A DNA stretch of 57,650 nucleotides from an uncultured bacterium (GTDB taxonomy: Bacteria; Deinococcota; Deinococci; Deinococcales; Trueperaceae). The notes beneath the pieces are model-generated. The model did no database searches. It was not told the DNA's origin and saw only the letters and a program-made list of their open reading frames with translations. The stretch covers positions 1 through 57,650 of the forward strand of contig CAZVCT010000003.1 in assembly GCA_964625655.1 (NCBI GenBank), written 5' to 3'. Position numbers and translations under genes: made by a program. Numbering within the stretch: the stretch's first letter is position 1; each line of letters opens with the position of its first letter. Below, piece by piece: positions 27,883 to 40,534 of the stretch.

Positions 27883-29436
27883 GTGAAACGAGCGTTCGTG
27901 CTGGTTCTAGTAGTAGCTCTCGGCGTTCTCGGCCTCGCTTCTGCGCAGGGAACACTCAACCTATCTACCTCCGAAGACTGGGAGACCCTCGACCCCGCCT
28001 TCGCCTCCGGCGTCCAGACCGGCGCGATGGTCGCGAAGATCTACGACGGGCTCATGCGCTACGACTACGAGAGCACCGACGTAGTCCCGAACCTGGCCGA
28101 GAGCGTCGACGTCAACGACGACGCCACCGTCTTCACGTTCACGCTGCGTGACGGGGTCACCTTCCACGACGGCAGCCCCCTGACCGCCAACGACGTCAAG
28201 TACTCGTTCGAGCGCGTGCTGGACCCCGCCACCGCCAGCCCCCTCACGTGGGTCTTCGAGGACGCCGGCATCGCCGGCACCGAAGCCTTCGTCAACGGCG
28301 AGGCCGAGGGCGTCAGCGGCATCGAGGTCGTCGACGACCTAACCGTGCGCATCACGCTCGACGCGCCCTACGCCATGCTCCTCTTCCACCTCGCGATGCC
28401 CGCGGCGCACATCGTCTCCGAAGCCGCCACCAGCCAGCTGGCCGACGGTGAGGACCTCTCGGGCAACCCCGTTGGCACCGGGCCGTTCATGCTCGAAGGT
28501 CGCCTGCGCGACTCCAGCCTGAGCCTCAGCGCCTTCGACGACTACCACGCTGGTCGTCCCAGCATCGACGGGGTCAACTACCGCATCATCACCGACCCCC
28601 TCATCGCCTGGAACGAGTACCTGGCGGGCAACCTCGACGTGACGGGCATCCCGTCCGCCAGCTTCCTCGACATCGTCAACGATCCGCAGTACGAAGACCA
28701 GATCGAGACGACCGCCGAGTTGGCCGTCTTCTACTTCGCGCTCAACCAGCGCATCGAAGAGCTGCAGGACCCGCGCGTGCGCCGCGCCATCGCCATGGCC
28801 ATCGACCGCCAGGCGATCGTCGACGGCCCGTACAACGGCACCGACCAGCTGGCCAACGCCCCCATCCCGCCTGGGCTGGCCGGCTACGACGAGAGCATCG
28901 AGCCGATCCCCTACGACCCCGAGGGCGCCAAGGCGCTGCTGGCGGAAGCCGGCTACCCCGACGGCTTCGAGATGGAGATCTGGTCGACGCGCGCCGAGGT
29001 GACCGTCGCCGTCAACGAGCTGATCCAGTTCTTCCTGAGCGAGGTCGGCATCGAAGCCACCATCAACCAGGTCGACTTCGGCACCCTCATCGACGGCGCC
29101 ATCAACGGCCGCGCGCCGGCCTTCTACCTCTCGTGGTTCGCCGACTACGCCGACGCCTACAACTTCCTCCACCCGCTCTACGTGGCCAGCGGCGCCAACC
29201 GCTACGGCTACTCGAACGAGCGCGTCACGGAGCTGATGGCGGAGGCCGCCACCAAGGCCGAGCTCGCCGACCGCGTGCCGCTCTACGAAGAGGCGCAGCG
29301 CCTGATCGTCGAAGACCTGCCGGTCGTGTACATCCGCTACCCGGTGTCCTACACGGTCGTGCGCCCCGGCGTGACGGGCGTGCTCAATCACCCCATCTTC
29401 AACGCCGACAAGTTCATGCAGGTGCAGCTGCCCTGA
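27883..29436 (+). CDS. ABC transporter substrate-binding protein, family 5 (peptide/nickel/opine type)
   Basis: Signal peptide MKRAFVLVLVVALGVLGLASAQG. 517 aa with typical DppA/OppA-like length and motifs (TFHDGSPLTANDVKYSFER). Confidence 0.85.
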   Translation: MKRAFVLVLVVALGVLGLASAQGTLNLSTSEDWETLDPAFASGVQTGAMVAKIYDGLMRYDYESTDVVPNLAESVDVNDDATVFTFTLRDGVTFHDGSPLTANDVKYSFERVLDPATASPLTWVFEDAGIAGTEAFVNGEAEGVSGIEVVDDLTVRITLDAPYAMLLFHLAMPAAHIVSEAATSQLADGEDLSGNPVGTGPFMLEGRLRDSSLSLSAFDDYHAGRPSIDGVNYRIITDPLIAWNEYLAGNLDVTGIPSASFLDIVNDPQYEDQIETTAELAVFYFALNQRIEELQDPRVRRAIAMAIDRQAIVDGPYNGTDQLANAPIPPGLAGYDESIEPIPYDPEGAKALLAEAGYPDGFEMEIWSTRAEVTVAVNELIQFFLSEVGIEATINQVDFGTLIDGAINGRAPAFYLSWFADYADAYNFLHPLYVASGANRYGYSNERVTELMAEAATKAELADRVPLYEEAQRLIVEDLPVVYIRYPVSYTVVRPGVTGVLNHPIFNADKFMQVQLP

Positions 29437-29444
29437 TCCCGAAG

Positions 29445-29516
29445 CCCTCCGCCAGGCGGCACCCCGCCTGACGGAGGGACCGACGCTGAGGGCGGGGCCA
29501 GCAAAAGGGCCCCGCC
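29445..29516 (+). terminator. Two consecutive GC hairpins between the SBP and permease genes (attenuating terminator or mRNA stabiliser)
   Basis: Nested stem CCCTCCG..CGGAGGG with inner CAGGCGG..CCGCCTG (29445-29477). Then GGGCGGGGCC-agcaaaag-GGCCCCGCCC (29489-29516), followed by ccTTTgg. Confidence 0.55.
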
Positions 29517-29647
29517 CCCTTTGGAACGGCTCTCGGAGCCGTCGCCGGTTCCCGTAACGCCGCGATCCCTACTCGCACCGCTCGAACGTCCTAGTCCGCC
29601 GGGCTACGCCTCCGAGAACCTCTTTACAGACCCAGGAATCTGATCCA

Positions 29648-30574
29648 GTGCTCGTATATGTGTTGAAGCGCCTACTGCAGGCGATACCGGTGCTGTTCGG
29701 GGTCAGCCTGCTGACCTTCGTACTCATGATCCTCGTGCCCGGCGACCCCGCCCAGAAGCTGCTGGGCCAGCGCGCCAGCCCCGAAGCGGTGCAAGAGCTG
29801 CGCACGCGCCTGGGCCTGAACGACCCGCCCGTGCAGCAGTACCTGCGCATCATGGGGAACATCGTCCGAGGCGACCTCGGGCGCTCCGTCATCACCCGCG
29901 AGCGCGTCATCGACGAGATGCGCAACCGCTTCCCCGTCACGCTCAGGCTGGCGGTGCTCGCGATGATCTTCTCCACCATCACCGGCGTGCTGGTGGGGAT
30001 AGTGGCGGCGCTCAACCAGAACCGCTTCCTCGACCGGCTGCTGATGCTGATAACCCTGACGGGCATCAGCGTGCCCGTCTTCTGGTACGCGCTCATCGCC
30101 ATCCTGCTGGTGGTGTTCCAGCTCAGGTGGGTGCCGCAGACCGGCATCGGCGACGGCAGCCTCACCTACTACTGGCTGCCCGCCTTCGTGCTCGGCACGC
30201 GCGCCGCGGCGTTCATCGCGCGCATCACGCGCTCGGCGATGCTCGAGGTCATCCGCCAGGACTACATCCGCACGGCCCACGCCAAGGGGCTGTCGAAGCG
30301 CACCGTCACGCTGAAGCACGCCGTTCGCAACATCGCCATCCCGGTAGTCACCGTCATCGGCCTCGACCTGGCGTCGTTCATCGACGGCGCTTTCCTCACC
30401 GAGTACGTCTTCAACATCCCCGGGCTGGGGCGCTACGGCCTGACGTCGCTGCTCAACCGCGACCTGCCCGTCATGATCCCGCTGGTGATCTACACCGCCA
30501 CCCTCTACATCGTCGCCAACCTGGTGGTCGACATCCTCTACGGGGTCATCGACCCCAGGATCAGGTACGACTGA
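29648..30574 (+). CDS. ABC peptide transporter permease (DppB-like)
   Basis: 308 aa, GTG start. N-terminal MLVYVLKRLLQAIPVLFGVSLLTF is typical of DppB/OppB. Confidence 0.85.
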   Translation: MLVYVLKRLLQAIPVLFGVSLLTFVLMILVPGDPAQKLLGQRASPEAVQELRTRLGLNDPPVQQYLRIMGNIVRGDLGRSVITRERVIDEMRNRFPVTLRLAVLAMIFSTITGVLVGIVAALNQNRFLDRLLMLITLTGISVPVFWYALIAILLVVFQLRWVPQTGIGDGSLTYYWLPAFVLGTRAAAFIARITRSAMLEVIRQDYIRTAHAKGLSKRTVTLKHAVRNIAIPVVTVIGLDLASFIDGAFLTEYVFNIPGLGRYGLTSLLNRDLPVMIPLVIYTATLYIVANLVVDILYGVIDPRIRYD

Positions 30575-31485
30575 TGGCCGTCACGAGCGCTTCACCCGAC
30601 CTCGGCCCCGACGGCGCCGCCGAGCAGACGCGCGGCATCTCGGCCTGGGGCATCGCCTGGAAGCAGATCCGCCGCGACCCCGGCGCCCTGCTGGCCGCCA
30701 GCGTCATCGTCCTGCTGATCCTGGTGGCGATCTTCGCCCCGCAGCTCTCCCCCTGGGACCCGACCCGCCCCGACCGCGCCGTCAACTTCCGCGCCGCGCC
30801 GCCCAGCGCCGAGCACTGGCTGGGAACGGACCGCGCCGGCCGCGACGTCCTGTCGCGCCTCATCTACGGGGCGCGCGTCAGCCTCGCCGTCGGCTTCGGC
30901 TCGCAGCTGCTGTCGCTCGTCTTCGGCATCGCGTTCGGGCTGATGGCCGGCTACTTCGGCGGCCTCGTCGACACGCTGGTGTCCCGCATGATCGAGGTGC
31001 TTCAGGCCTTCCCCAGCCTGCTGCTGCTGATAGTCCTGTCGGTGACGATCGGCCCGGGGTTGGTGACGGCGTACATCGCGCTCGGGATCGTGGGATGGTC
31101 GGGGGTGGCCCGCCTCGTGCGGGGCGAGACGCTCAAGCTGCGCAGCGCCGAGTACGTGGAGGGCGCCCGCGCGCTGGGTGCCCGCAACGCCCGCGTGCTC
31201 GTCCGCCATGTCTTCCCGTCCGTCATGCCCAGCCTGATCGTCATCTACTCGATCGGCGTCGGCGGCGCCATCATCGGCGAGGCCACCCTGTCGTTCCTCG
31301 GCCTTGGTGTGCAGCCGCCCACCCCCTCGTGGGGCCAGATGATCGCCGACGGCCAGAGCTACCTGACCACCGCCTGGTGGATCAGCGTCTTCCCCGGTGT
31401 CGCCATCGCGCTCGTGGTGCTGGCGTTCAACTTCCTGGGCGACGTGCTTCGCGACGCGCTCGACCCGCGGATGCGGGGGCACTGA
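30574..31485 (+). CDS. ABC peptide transporter permease (DppC-like)
   Basis: ATG 30574 forms an ATGA overlap with the previous stop. AEHWLGTDRAGRDVLSRLIYGARVSL is the DppC/OppC signature region. Confidence 0.85.
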   Translation: MAVTSASPDLGPDGAAEQTRGISAWGIAWKQIRRDPGALLAASVIVLLILVAIFAPQLSPWDPTRPDRAVNFRAAPPSAEHWLGTDRAGRDVLSRLIYGARVSLAVGFGSQLLSLVFGIAFGLMAGYFGGLVDTLVSRMIEVLQAFPSLLLLIVLSVTIGPGLVTAYIALGIVGWSGVARLVRGETLKLRSAEYVEGARALGARNARVLVRHVFPSVMPSLIVIYSIGVGGAIIGEATLSFLGLGVQPPTPSWGQMIADGQSYLTTAWWISVFPGVAIALVVLAFNFLGDVLRDALDPRMRGH

Positions 31486-31498
31486 GGCCAGCACCAAA

Positions 31499-31532
31499 CG
31501 TAACGGAGCCGTAACGCCCGCGCCATTACCTT
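31499..31532 (+). promoter_or_regulatory. CGTAACG direct repeat (11-bp phase) plus TACCTT -10; leaderless promoter of gene 31539
   Basis: CGTAAC at 31499 and 31510, then 11 nt, TACCTT at 31527-31532, then 6 nt, ATG 31539. Confidence 0.55.
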
Positions 31533-31538
31533 CAGCGC

Positions 31539-32753
31539 ATGAACAGGCTTCAGCGGAACCTGACTGGCTTCACCCTTGCTCTGCTCGCCCTGCTCCCCTG
31601 CGTCCAAGCGCAGTCGCTGGCGGGCACCTACGGCCGCGAGATCGCCACCGGGCTGCTCGCGGTCTCGTTCGAGGAGCGCCACGGCATGCTGGTCGGGCAG
31701 ATCGTCATGGGCGGCCTCTCGTACCCCGCCGTCGCCCAGCTCGACGGTGACGGCGCCTACGGCTACGGACGCGTGTACCTCTACATGGGCGGCGGAGTGG
31801 CGTACTTCGAGGTCTCACCAGCGCCAGACGGCGTGAAGCTCGTCCTCGCGTCGCTCGACCCGCAGACGGCGCAGTCCATGCCCTCCACCGCTACGGCTTT
31901 CGAGCTCCAGCCGCTCGACCCGGCCGCGCTCGACGGGCTCCCGTCGGGCGGGCTTCCGCCCGGCAGCCTGCCCGTGCTCGCCGACCTCCGTTACGAGGCC
32001 GGGGAGCGCCTGACCGCTCCAGGCGCCGGCGTCTCGTTCGTCGTGCCCGCCGGCCACCACGCCGGGTACATGCCGGTCTACGACCTCTTCGGCGTCAAGG
32101 CCGACGGAGCGCCGGGCTACGCGCAGGTGGAAGCCTCCTCCAGGCTGGAGCCCGCTGAAGCGCTACGGCAGCTCGAGGCTCGGTGGGCTGCGGGCCATCT
32201 GGAGGTCAGCGCGGCCGGTCCGGCCGAGGTAGAGGGGAACGCGACCCGCATGCGCTACGACGTGCTGTCGCCGGAGGGAGAGGGGACGGCCTACGTCGTG
32301 GTAGTGGCGCCGCCGATGGGCAACGCCATCATGATCGCAGGCATAGGCGTGCGCGGCGCGGAAGCCTGGGTGGCCGAACTGGTGGAGACGATCGTCTCCA
32401 CCCTCCTGATGGATGCGCCGATCGACGTGGAGGAGGTAGGCATCCGCCACATGCTGAGCGGCAAGCGCGCGATCATCGGCGATGGGGGATCGCTCGACAC
32501 CCTGGCCCCCGCCGAGCTGCACCTGTGCGCCGACGGCACCTACCGCTACGCCACCCTCGGAGCGCCGCCGGCGGGGCCGGCGTTCGAGCACACGGGGCGC
32601 TGGTCGGTGCTGGGCAACCTGCTTGGCTCCGACGTGCTGCTGGAACGCTCGGACGGTGGGCCCGACGAGCGACTTACCGTCATCGGGTACGGCGGTGCCC
32701 TGCGGATCGAAGGCAGGAGCCTGGAGCTGGAGGAAGGCGCCCGCTGCGGCTGA
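31539..32753 (+). CDS. Secreted protein of unknown function, paralogue A
   Basis: Signal peptide ...LALLALLPCVQAQ. Shares blocks AGVSFVVPxGxxAGY, VEAxSxL..EAL.QL, RYxVxxPxG, LxLCAxGxY and a C-terminal Cys with gene 43923..45401. Confidence 0.75.
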   Translation: MNRLQRNLTGFTLALLALLPCVQAQSLAGTYGREIATGLLAVSFEERHGMLVGQIVMGGLSYPAVAQLDGDGAYGYGRVYLYMGGGVAYFEVSPAPDGVKLVLASLDPQTAQSMPSTATAFELQPLDPAALDGLPSGGLPPGSLPVLADLRYEAGERLTAPGAGVSFVVPAGHHAGYMPVYDLFGVKADGAPGYAQVEASSRLEPAEALRQLEARWAAGHLEVSAAGPAEVEGNATRMRYDVLSPEGEGTAYVVVVAPPMGNAIMIAGIGVRGAEAWVAELVETIVSTLLMDAPIDVEEVGIRHMLSGKRAIIGDGGSLDTLAPAELHLCADGTYRYATLGAPPAGPAFEHTGRWSVLGNLLGSDVLLERSDGGPDERLTVIGYGGALRIEGRSLELEEGARCG

Positions 32754-32771
32754 TGGGGACGGTCGCCTGGG

Positions 32772-36042
<3,271 letters not shown>

Positions 36043-36156
36043 CGTTTGGCTCCTTTATTCACAGCAAAACCTAGCACGAACCGGGCACGGGTGGCGAGCC
36101 CGCCGGGATGAAGCTAACGCCTCGCTAAGCGTTGTACGGAGCACGGTTCGGCTGCG

Positions 36157-36185
36157 TTGACAGCGCCCGTCCTGCGCCCTAAAGT
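36157..36185 (+). promoter_or_regulatory. Sigma-70-type promoter TTGACA-N17-TAAAGT for the GH2/sugar-importer operon
   Basis: TTGACA at 36157-36162, a 17-nt spacer, TAAAGT at 36180-36185. Lies 25 nt upstream of ATG 36211. Confidence 0.55.
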
Positions 36186-36210
36186 GAAAGCTGCATAACA
36201 ACAGGTTTAC

Positions 36211-38163
36211 ATGAAACGGTCGGAGGCTGGTTTGAGCGACGCAGCGACGGCCGCCGTGGCGGCACATACAGGCGAGGACGGGCGCGAAGACGCGCGTAAC
36301 GTCGATCCGCGTTGGCATCCCCGCCCCACTTTGGCGCGCGCCGGCTGGCGCTCGCTCGATGGCACCTGGCGGTTCGGCCGCGGCCAGCTGACGCGACCGC
36401 CCGCGCTGGAAGGCAGCATCGAAGTGCCGTACGCACCCGAGGCTCCGGCCTCCCAGGCACGCGGCGCGGGCGAAGGGCCGGCCCTCTGGTACGGCCGCAC
36501 GCTGGAACTGCCCGAGGAGTGGCGCGGCGGGCGCGTCCTGCTGCATTTCAACGCCGCCGACTGGGAGACGACCGTCTGGGTGGGCGGCCAGCAGGTGGCG
36601 CACCACGAGGGCGGCTACACGCCGTTCACGGCGGACGTCACCGACCTGGTGCAGGGCGGCCCCACGGAACTGCTGGTGCGCTGCGTCGACGACCCGCACG
36701 ACATGGCGCGCCCCCGCGGCAAGCAGGACTGGCTGCCCGAGCCGCACAGCATCTGGTACCCGCCCACCTCGGGCATCTGGCAGAGCGTCTGGTGGGAGAG
36801 CGTGCCGCAGACGCACTGCTCGTACCTCTCCTTCACCCCCGACCTCGCCGGCTTCGCGCTCGACATGGAGCTGCGCCTGGAAGGCGTGCCCGCCCGCACG
36901 GGGCGGCCGCTGGGAACGCGCACGGACACGGGCGGCGCGGCCGGCCTCACGGCCCGCGTGCGCCTGAGCCTGCACGGCGAGGTGCTGGTGGACGACCGCA
37001 TCGCCGTCACCGGCGACACGCTGCGGCGCAAGCTCTACCTGCCCGACCCCGGCATCGACGACGCGCGCGCCCACTTCCTCTGGAGCCCCGAGAGCCCCAA
37101 CCTGATCGACGTGACGGTCACCCTGGAGAAGGAAGGCAGGACGGTCGACGAGGCGCACGCCCGCACGGCCCTGCGCACCATCGAGGCGCGCGAGGGCGCC
37201 GTGCTGCTCAACGGCCGCCCCTACCGCCTGCGCCTGGCCCTCGACCAGGGCTACTGGCCCGACACGCACCTGACGCCCCCGAACCCCGAGGCCCTGGAGC
37301 GCGACGTGAAGCTGGCGAAGCAGCTGGGCTTCAACGGCGTGCGCAAGCACCAGAAGCTGGAAGACCCGCGCTTCTACGCCTGGGCCGACCACCTGGGTCT
37401 GCTCGTGTGGGTGGAGCTGCCCAGCGCCTACGCCTTCGACGCCCGCGCCGTCCAGCGGCTGACCGCCACCTGGCTGGCGGCCGTGCGGCGCGCAGCCCCT
37501 CACCCGAGCGTCATGGCGTGGGTGCCCTTCAACGAGAGCTGGGGCGTGCCCGACCTGCCCACCTCGGCGCCGCAGCGGGCGCTGGTGCGCGGCCTGGCAG
37601 ACCTGACGCGGGCGCTCGACCCGAGCCGACCCGTGGTGGGCAACGACGGCTGGGAGATGCTGGGCACCGACATGGTGAACATCCACGACTACGAGCGCGA
37701 CCCCAAGGCGCTGGGCGCGCGCTACGGCACGCCCGAGGCCATGCGGCGCGCCTTCGACGAACGCCGGCCCGGCGGCCGGCGCCTGCTGCTCGACCCGGCG
37801 CTCGCCGAAGGCGCGCCCTTCGGTCGGCCCGTGATCCTGAGCGAGTTCGGCGGTGTGCGCGTCGAGGACGGCGCGCCCGGCTGGGGCTACGACGCCGTGC
37901 CCGACGGCGCCGCGCTGCTGAAGCGCTACCAGGCGCTGATGGCCGAGCTCGAGCGCACGCCGCTGGCCGGTTTCTGCTACACCCAACTCACCGACACCTT
38001 CCAGGAGCGCAACGGGCTCCTGAGCATGGACAGGTCGCCCAAGGCCGACCCGGACGCCATCGCCCGCGCCACGCGCGGCGAGGCGCCGCTGGGCCCGACG
38101 GACGAGAAACAGAGGAACGACGCTGGCCGACCCGACACGGCGGCCAAGGAGGAGGAAGCATGA
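36211..38163 (+). CDS. Glycoside hydrolase family 2 (beta-galactosidase/beta-glucuronidase-like)
   Basis: Motifs WRSLDGTWRF, VWVGGQQVAHHEGGYTPFTADVT, NGVRKHQK, PFNESWG. The exact start is uncertain. Confidence 0.8.
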   Translation: MKRSEAGLSDAATAAVAAHTGEDGREDARNVDPRWHPRPTLARAGWRSLDGTWRFGRGQLTRPPALEGSIEVPYAPEAPASQARGAGEGPALWYGRTLELPEEWRGGRVLLHFNAADWETTVWVGGQQVAHHEGGYTPFTADVTDLVQGGPTELLVRCVDDPHDMARPRGKQDWLPEPHSIWYPPTSGIWQSVWWESVPQTHCSYLSFTPDLAGFALDMELRLEGVPARTGRPLGTRTDTGGAAGLTARVRLSLHGEVLVDDRIAVTGDTLRRKLYLPDPGIDDARAHFLWSPESPNLIDVTVTLEKEGRTVDEAHARTALRTIEAREGAVLLNGRPYRLRLALDQGYWPDTHLTPPNPEALERDVKLAKQLGFNGVRKHQKLEDPRFYAWADHLGLLVWVELPSAYAFDARAVQRLTATWLAAVRRAAPHPSVMAWVPFNESWGVPDLPTSAPQRALVRGLADLTRALDPSRPVVGNDGWEMLGTDMVNIHDYERDPKALGARYGTPEAMRRAFDERRPGGRRLLLDPALAEGAPFGRPVILSEFGGVRVEDGAPGWGYDAVPDGAALLKRYQALMAELERTPLAGFCYTQLTDTFQERNGLLSMDRSPKADPDAIARATRGEAPLGPTDEKQRNDAGRPDTAAKEEEA

Positions 38164-39470
38164 AGAGGACCGTAAGGACGCTGTTCGTAGCCCTGGTGGC
38201 GGTGCTGGCCCTGGCCGGCACGGCAGCCGCCCAGGTGCAGCTCACGTACTGGCACGGCTTCACCGGCCCCGACCTGCCCGTGATGGAGAGCCTGATCGCC
38301 GAGTTCAACGAGCTTCACCCCGACATCCAGGTGAGCGGCGAGCCGATCCCCTGGGGCAACCTGTTCCAGCAGATCGAGCCGGCGGTGGCGGCGGGCCGCG
38401 CGCCCGACGTCATGGCCCTCAACGAGGACGTCATCACGGGCTTCATCCTGCGCGGCGCCGTGGCCGAGATGACTCCCGAGATGCTCGAAGCCGCCGGCGT
38501 CGAAGCCGAGCGCTACTTCGGACCCCTATGGGAGACGGGCATGGTCGACGGCACCGTCTACGGCGTGCCCATCCACTCCGTGATGCTGGTGATGTACTAC
38601 AACAAGGACCTCTTCGAAGCCGCCGGCCTCGACCCCGAGAACCCGCCCGCCACGCGCGAGGAGTTCATGGAAGCCGCGCGCGCCCTCACCCAGGACTCGG
38701 CCGGCCTGCACCCGGGCGACGAAGGCTTCAACGCCAGCAGCCTCGCGCAGTACGCCGTCGGCATCCCGAACCCGTGGATGGGCGGCACCATCGCCTACGC
38801 CGTAGCGGCCCAGAACGGCGTGACCTTCGTGGGCAGCGCCGACGAGCAGTACGCCTCCAACTTCGACTCGCCCGAAGCGCAGGAAGCCATCCAGTTCCTC
38901 GTCGACATCGGCGCCGAGCACGGCTTCGGCCCCACCGACGCCACCGAGGGTTCCGAGATCGACGCCTTCCGCCAGGGCGTGGCCGCCATGAACTTCAACG
39001 GCGTCTGGATGCTGTCGCAGTACCAGGAGCAGCCCGGCCTCAACTTCGGCGTGGCGGCGTTCCCGCAGCTGGGCACCGAGCGCGCTGCCACCTGGGGCGG
39101 CTCGACCCACCTCGTGCTGCCGCGCCAGCGCAACGCCGACCAGGCCAAGGTCGACGCTGCCATGACCTTCATCGGCTGGATGACGCAGCCCGAGCAGAAC
39201 CTGAAGTGGACGGCCGCCGGCGGCCTGCCCACGCAGCCGGGCGTGGCCGAAAGCCCCGACTACGCTTCCAACCCGATGTCGCAGCTTAGCGAAGCGATGA
39301 ACAACACCTACGTCCTGACGGGCTTCCCGTTCCTCGCGCAGTTCCGCGGGGCCTGGGACGCCGCCTTCGAAGCCGCGCTGCGCGGCGCCGCGCCGGTCGA
39401 CCAGGCGCTCTCGCAGGGCGTCTCCGAAGCCGACGCCGCCATCCAGGAAGGCCTCCTCAGCCTCCCGTAA
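38160..39470 (+). CDS. Sugar ABC transporter substrate-binding protein (CUT1 family)
   Basis: ATG 38160 forms an ATGA overlap with the GH2 stop, with GGAGGAAG upstream. Signal peptide MKRTVRTLFVALVAVLALAGTAAAQ. Confidence 0.85.
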   Translation: MKRTVRTLFVALVAVLALAGTAAAQVQLTYWHGFTGPDLPVMESLIAEFNELHPDIQVSGEPIPWGNLFQQIEPAVAAGRAPDVMALNEDVITGFILRGAVAEMTPEMLEAAGVEAERYFGPLWETGMVDGTVYGVPIHSVMLVMYYNKDLFEAAGLDPENPPATREEFMEAARALTQDSAGLHPGDEGFNASSLAQYAVGIPNPWMGGTIAYAVAAQNGVTFVGSADEQYASNFDSPEAQEAIQFLVDIGAEHGFGPTDATEGSEIDAFRQGVAAMNFNGVWMLSQYQEQPGLNFGVAAFPQLGTERAATWGGSTHLVLPRQRNADQAKVDAAMTFIGWMTQPEQNLKWTAAGGLPTQPGVAESPDYASNPMSQLSEAMNNTYVLTGFPFLAQFRGAWDAAFEAALRGAAPVDQALSQGVSEADAAIQEGLLSLP

Positions 39471-39490
39471 GGCACGCTTCTCAGCACTAC

Positions 39491-39521
39491 CGGGAGGGCC
39501 GAAACGGAATCGGCCCTCCCG
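39491..39521 (+). terminator. 12-bp perfect hairpin between the sugar SBP and permease genes
   Basis: CGGGAGGGCCGA-aacggaa-TCGGCCCTCCCG. Confidence 0.5.
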
Positions 39522-39541
39522 CCTATCACCCGGAGGTTCAA

Positions 39542-40534
39542 GTGAGCGGACCGACTGCCGAGAACAGTTCGCTGACGGCCACGCAGGCAGCCGTGGCGAC
39601 GCGGCGAGGAGCCGCACGGCGCGCGTTCCTGCGCCCCGCCATCGACGGGCACCCGCTCGAGCCGTACCTATACCTGTTGCCGCACGCCGTTCTCTTCCTG
39701 CTGTTCATCGTCTATCCCGTTGTCTTCGGTATCTACGTCAGCCTGCACCGCTGGAACATCCTGTCGGACAACCAGCCGTTCGTAGGGCTGCAGTTCTACA
39801 CCCGGCTGTTCACGCCGGGCACCCCGCAGTTCGACTTCTTCTGGAAGACGACCCTCAACACCGCGCTCTTCACGGTGATAACCACGCCGCTGATCATCGT
39901 GTGCGCCCTGGGCCTGGCGCTGCTGCTGCATAGGCCCATCCCGGGCCGCGCCTTCTTCCGCGCCATCTTCTTCCTGCCCACCATCCTGTCGGTATCGGTG
40001 ATGGGCCTGCTGTGGCGCTGGATGTTCGAGAACCGCACCGGCCTCTTCAACGTCCTGCTCGACCTGCTGCCGTTCGCCGAGCCGGTGGCGTTCCTGACCA
40101 CCGTCGGCCTGGCGTGGGTGCCGATCATCGTGGGCACGGTCTGGTGGACGGTGGGCTTCAACATGATCCTCTACTCGGCGGCGCTGGCCGCCATCCCGCA
40201 GGCGTACTACGAGGCCGCCGCCATCGACGGCGCCGGCACCTGGGCGCGCTTCCGCCACATCACCTGGCCGCAGCTGAACCCCGTCACGCTCTTCGCGGCC
40301 GTCACCACCACCATCGCCTCGTTCCAGCTGTTCGGGCAGTCGCACGTCATCACGGCAGGCGGACCGCTGCGCTCGACGCAGAGCGTGATGATGTTCATCA
40401 CCGAGGAGGCGTTCACCCGCTACCAGTTCAGCTCGGCGGCGGCGATGTCGCTGACGTTCGGGCTGCTGCTGCTGCTGGTGACGGGCTTCCAGTTCAGGCT
40501 CACGATCCGCGACCTCGGAAGGGGCCGCGCATGA
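39542..40534 (+). CDS. Sugar ABC transporter permease (MalF/UgpA-like)
   Basis: GTG start with GGAGG upstream. Six hydrophobic helices. EAAAIDGAGTWARFRHITWP is the EAA loop. Confidence 0.85.
   Translation: MSGPTAENSSLTATQAAVATRRGAARRAFLRPAIDGHPLEPYLYLLPHAVLFLLFIVYPVVFGIYVSLHRWNILSDNQPFVGLQFYTRLFTPGTPQFDFFWKTTLNTALFTVITTPLIIVCALGLALLLHRPIPGRAFFRAIFFLPTILSVSVMGLLWRWMFENRTGLFNVLLDLLPFAEPVAFLTTVGLAWVPIIVGTVWWTVGFNMILYSAALAAIPQAYYEAAAIDGAGTWARFRHITWPQLNPVTLFAAVTTTIASFQLFGQSHVITAGGPLRSTQSVMMFITEEAFTRYQFSSAAAMSLTFGLLLLLVTGFQFRLTIRDLGRGRA

Noticed and set aside
29552-29582. Possible fifth repeat promoter between the SBP and permease genes (single CGTAAC, 11 nt, TACTCG)
   Set aside because: There is only one repeat copy. 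The position 11 bp upstream reads TCGCCG, and the -10 candidate lacks the final T. It is too weak to count.
36055-38159. 643-aa antisense ORF 36055..37986, and the 5' part of track ORF 36312..39470
   Set aside because: The first is a shadow of the GH2 gene. The second is an alternative-frame run-on that only becomes a real protein (the sugar SBP) from ATG 38160, where an SD and a signal peptide appear.
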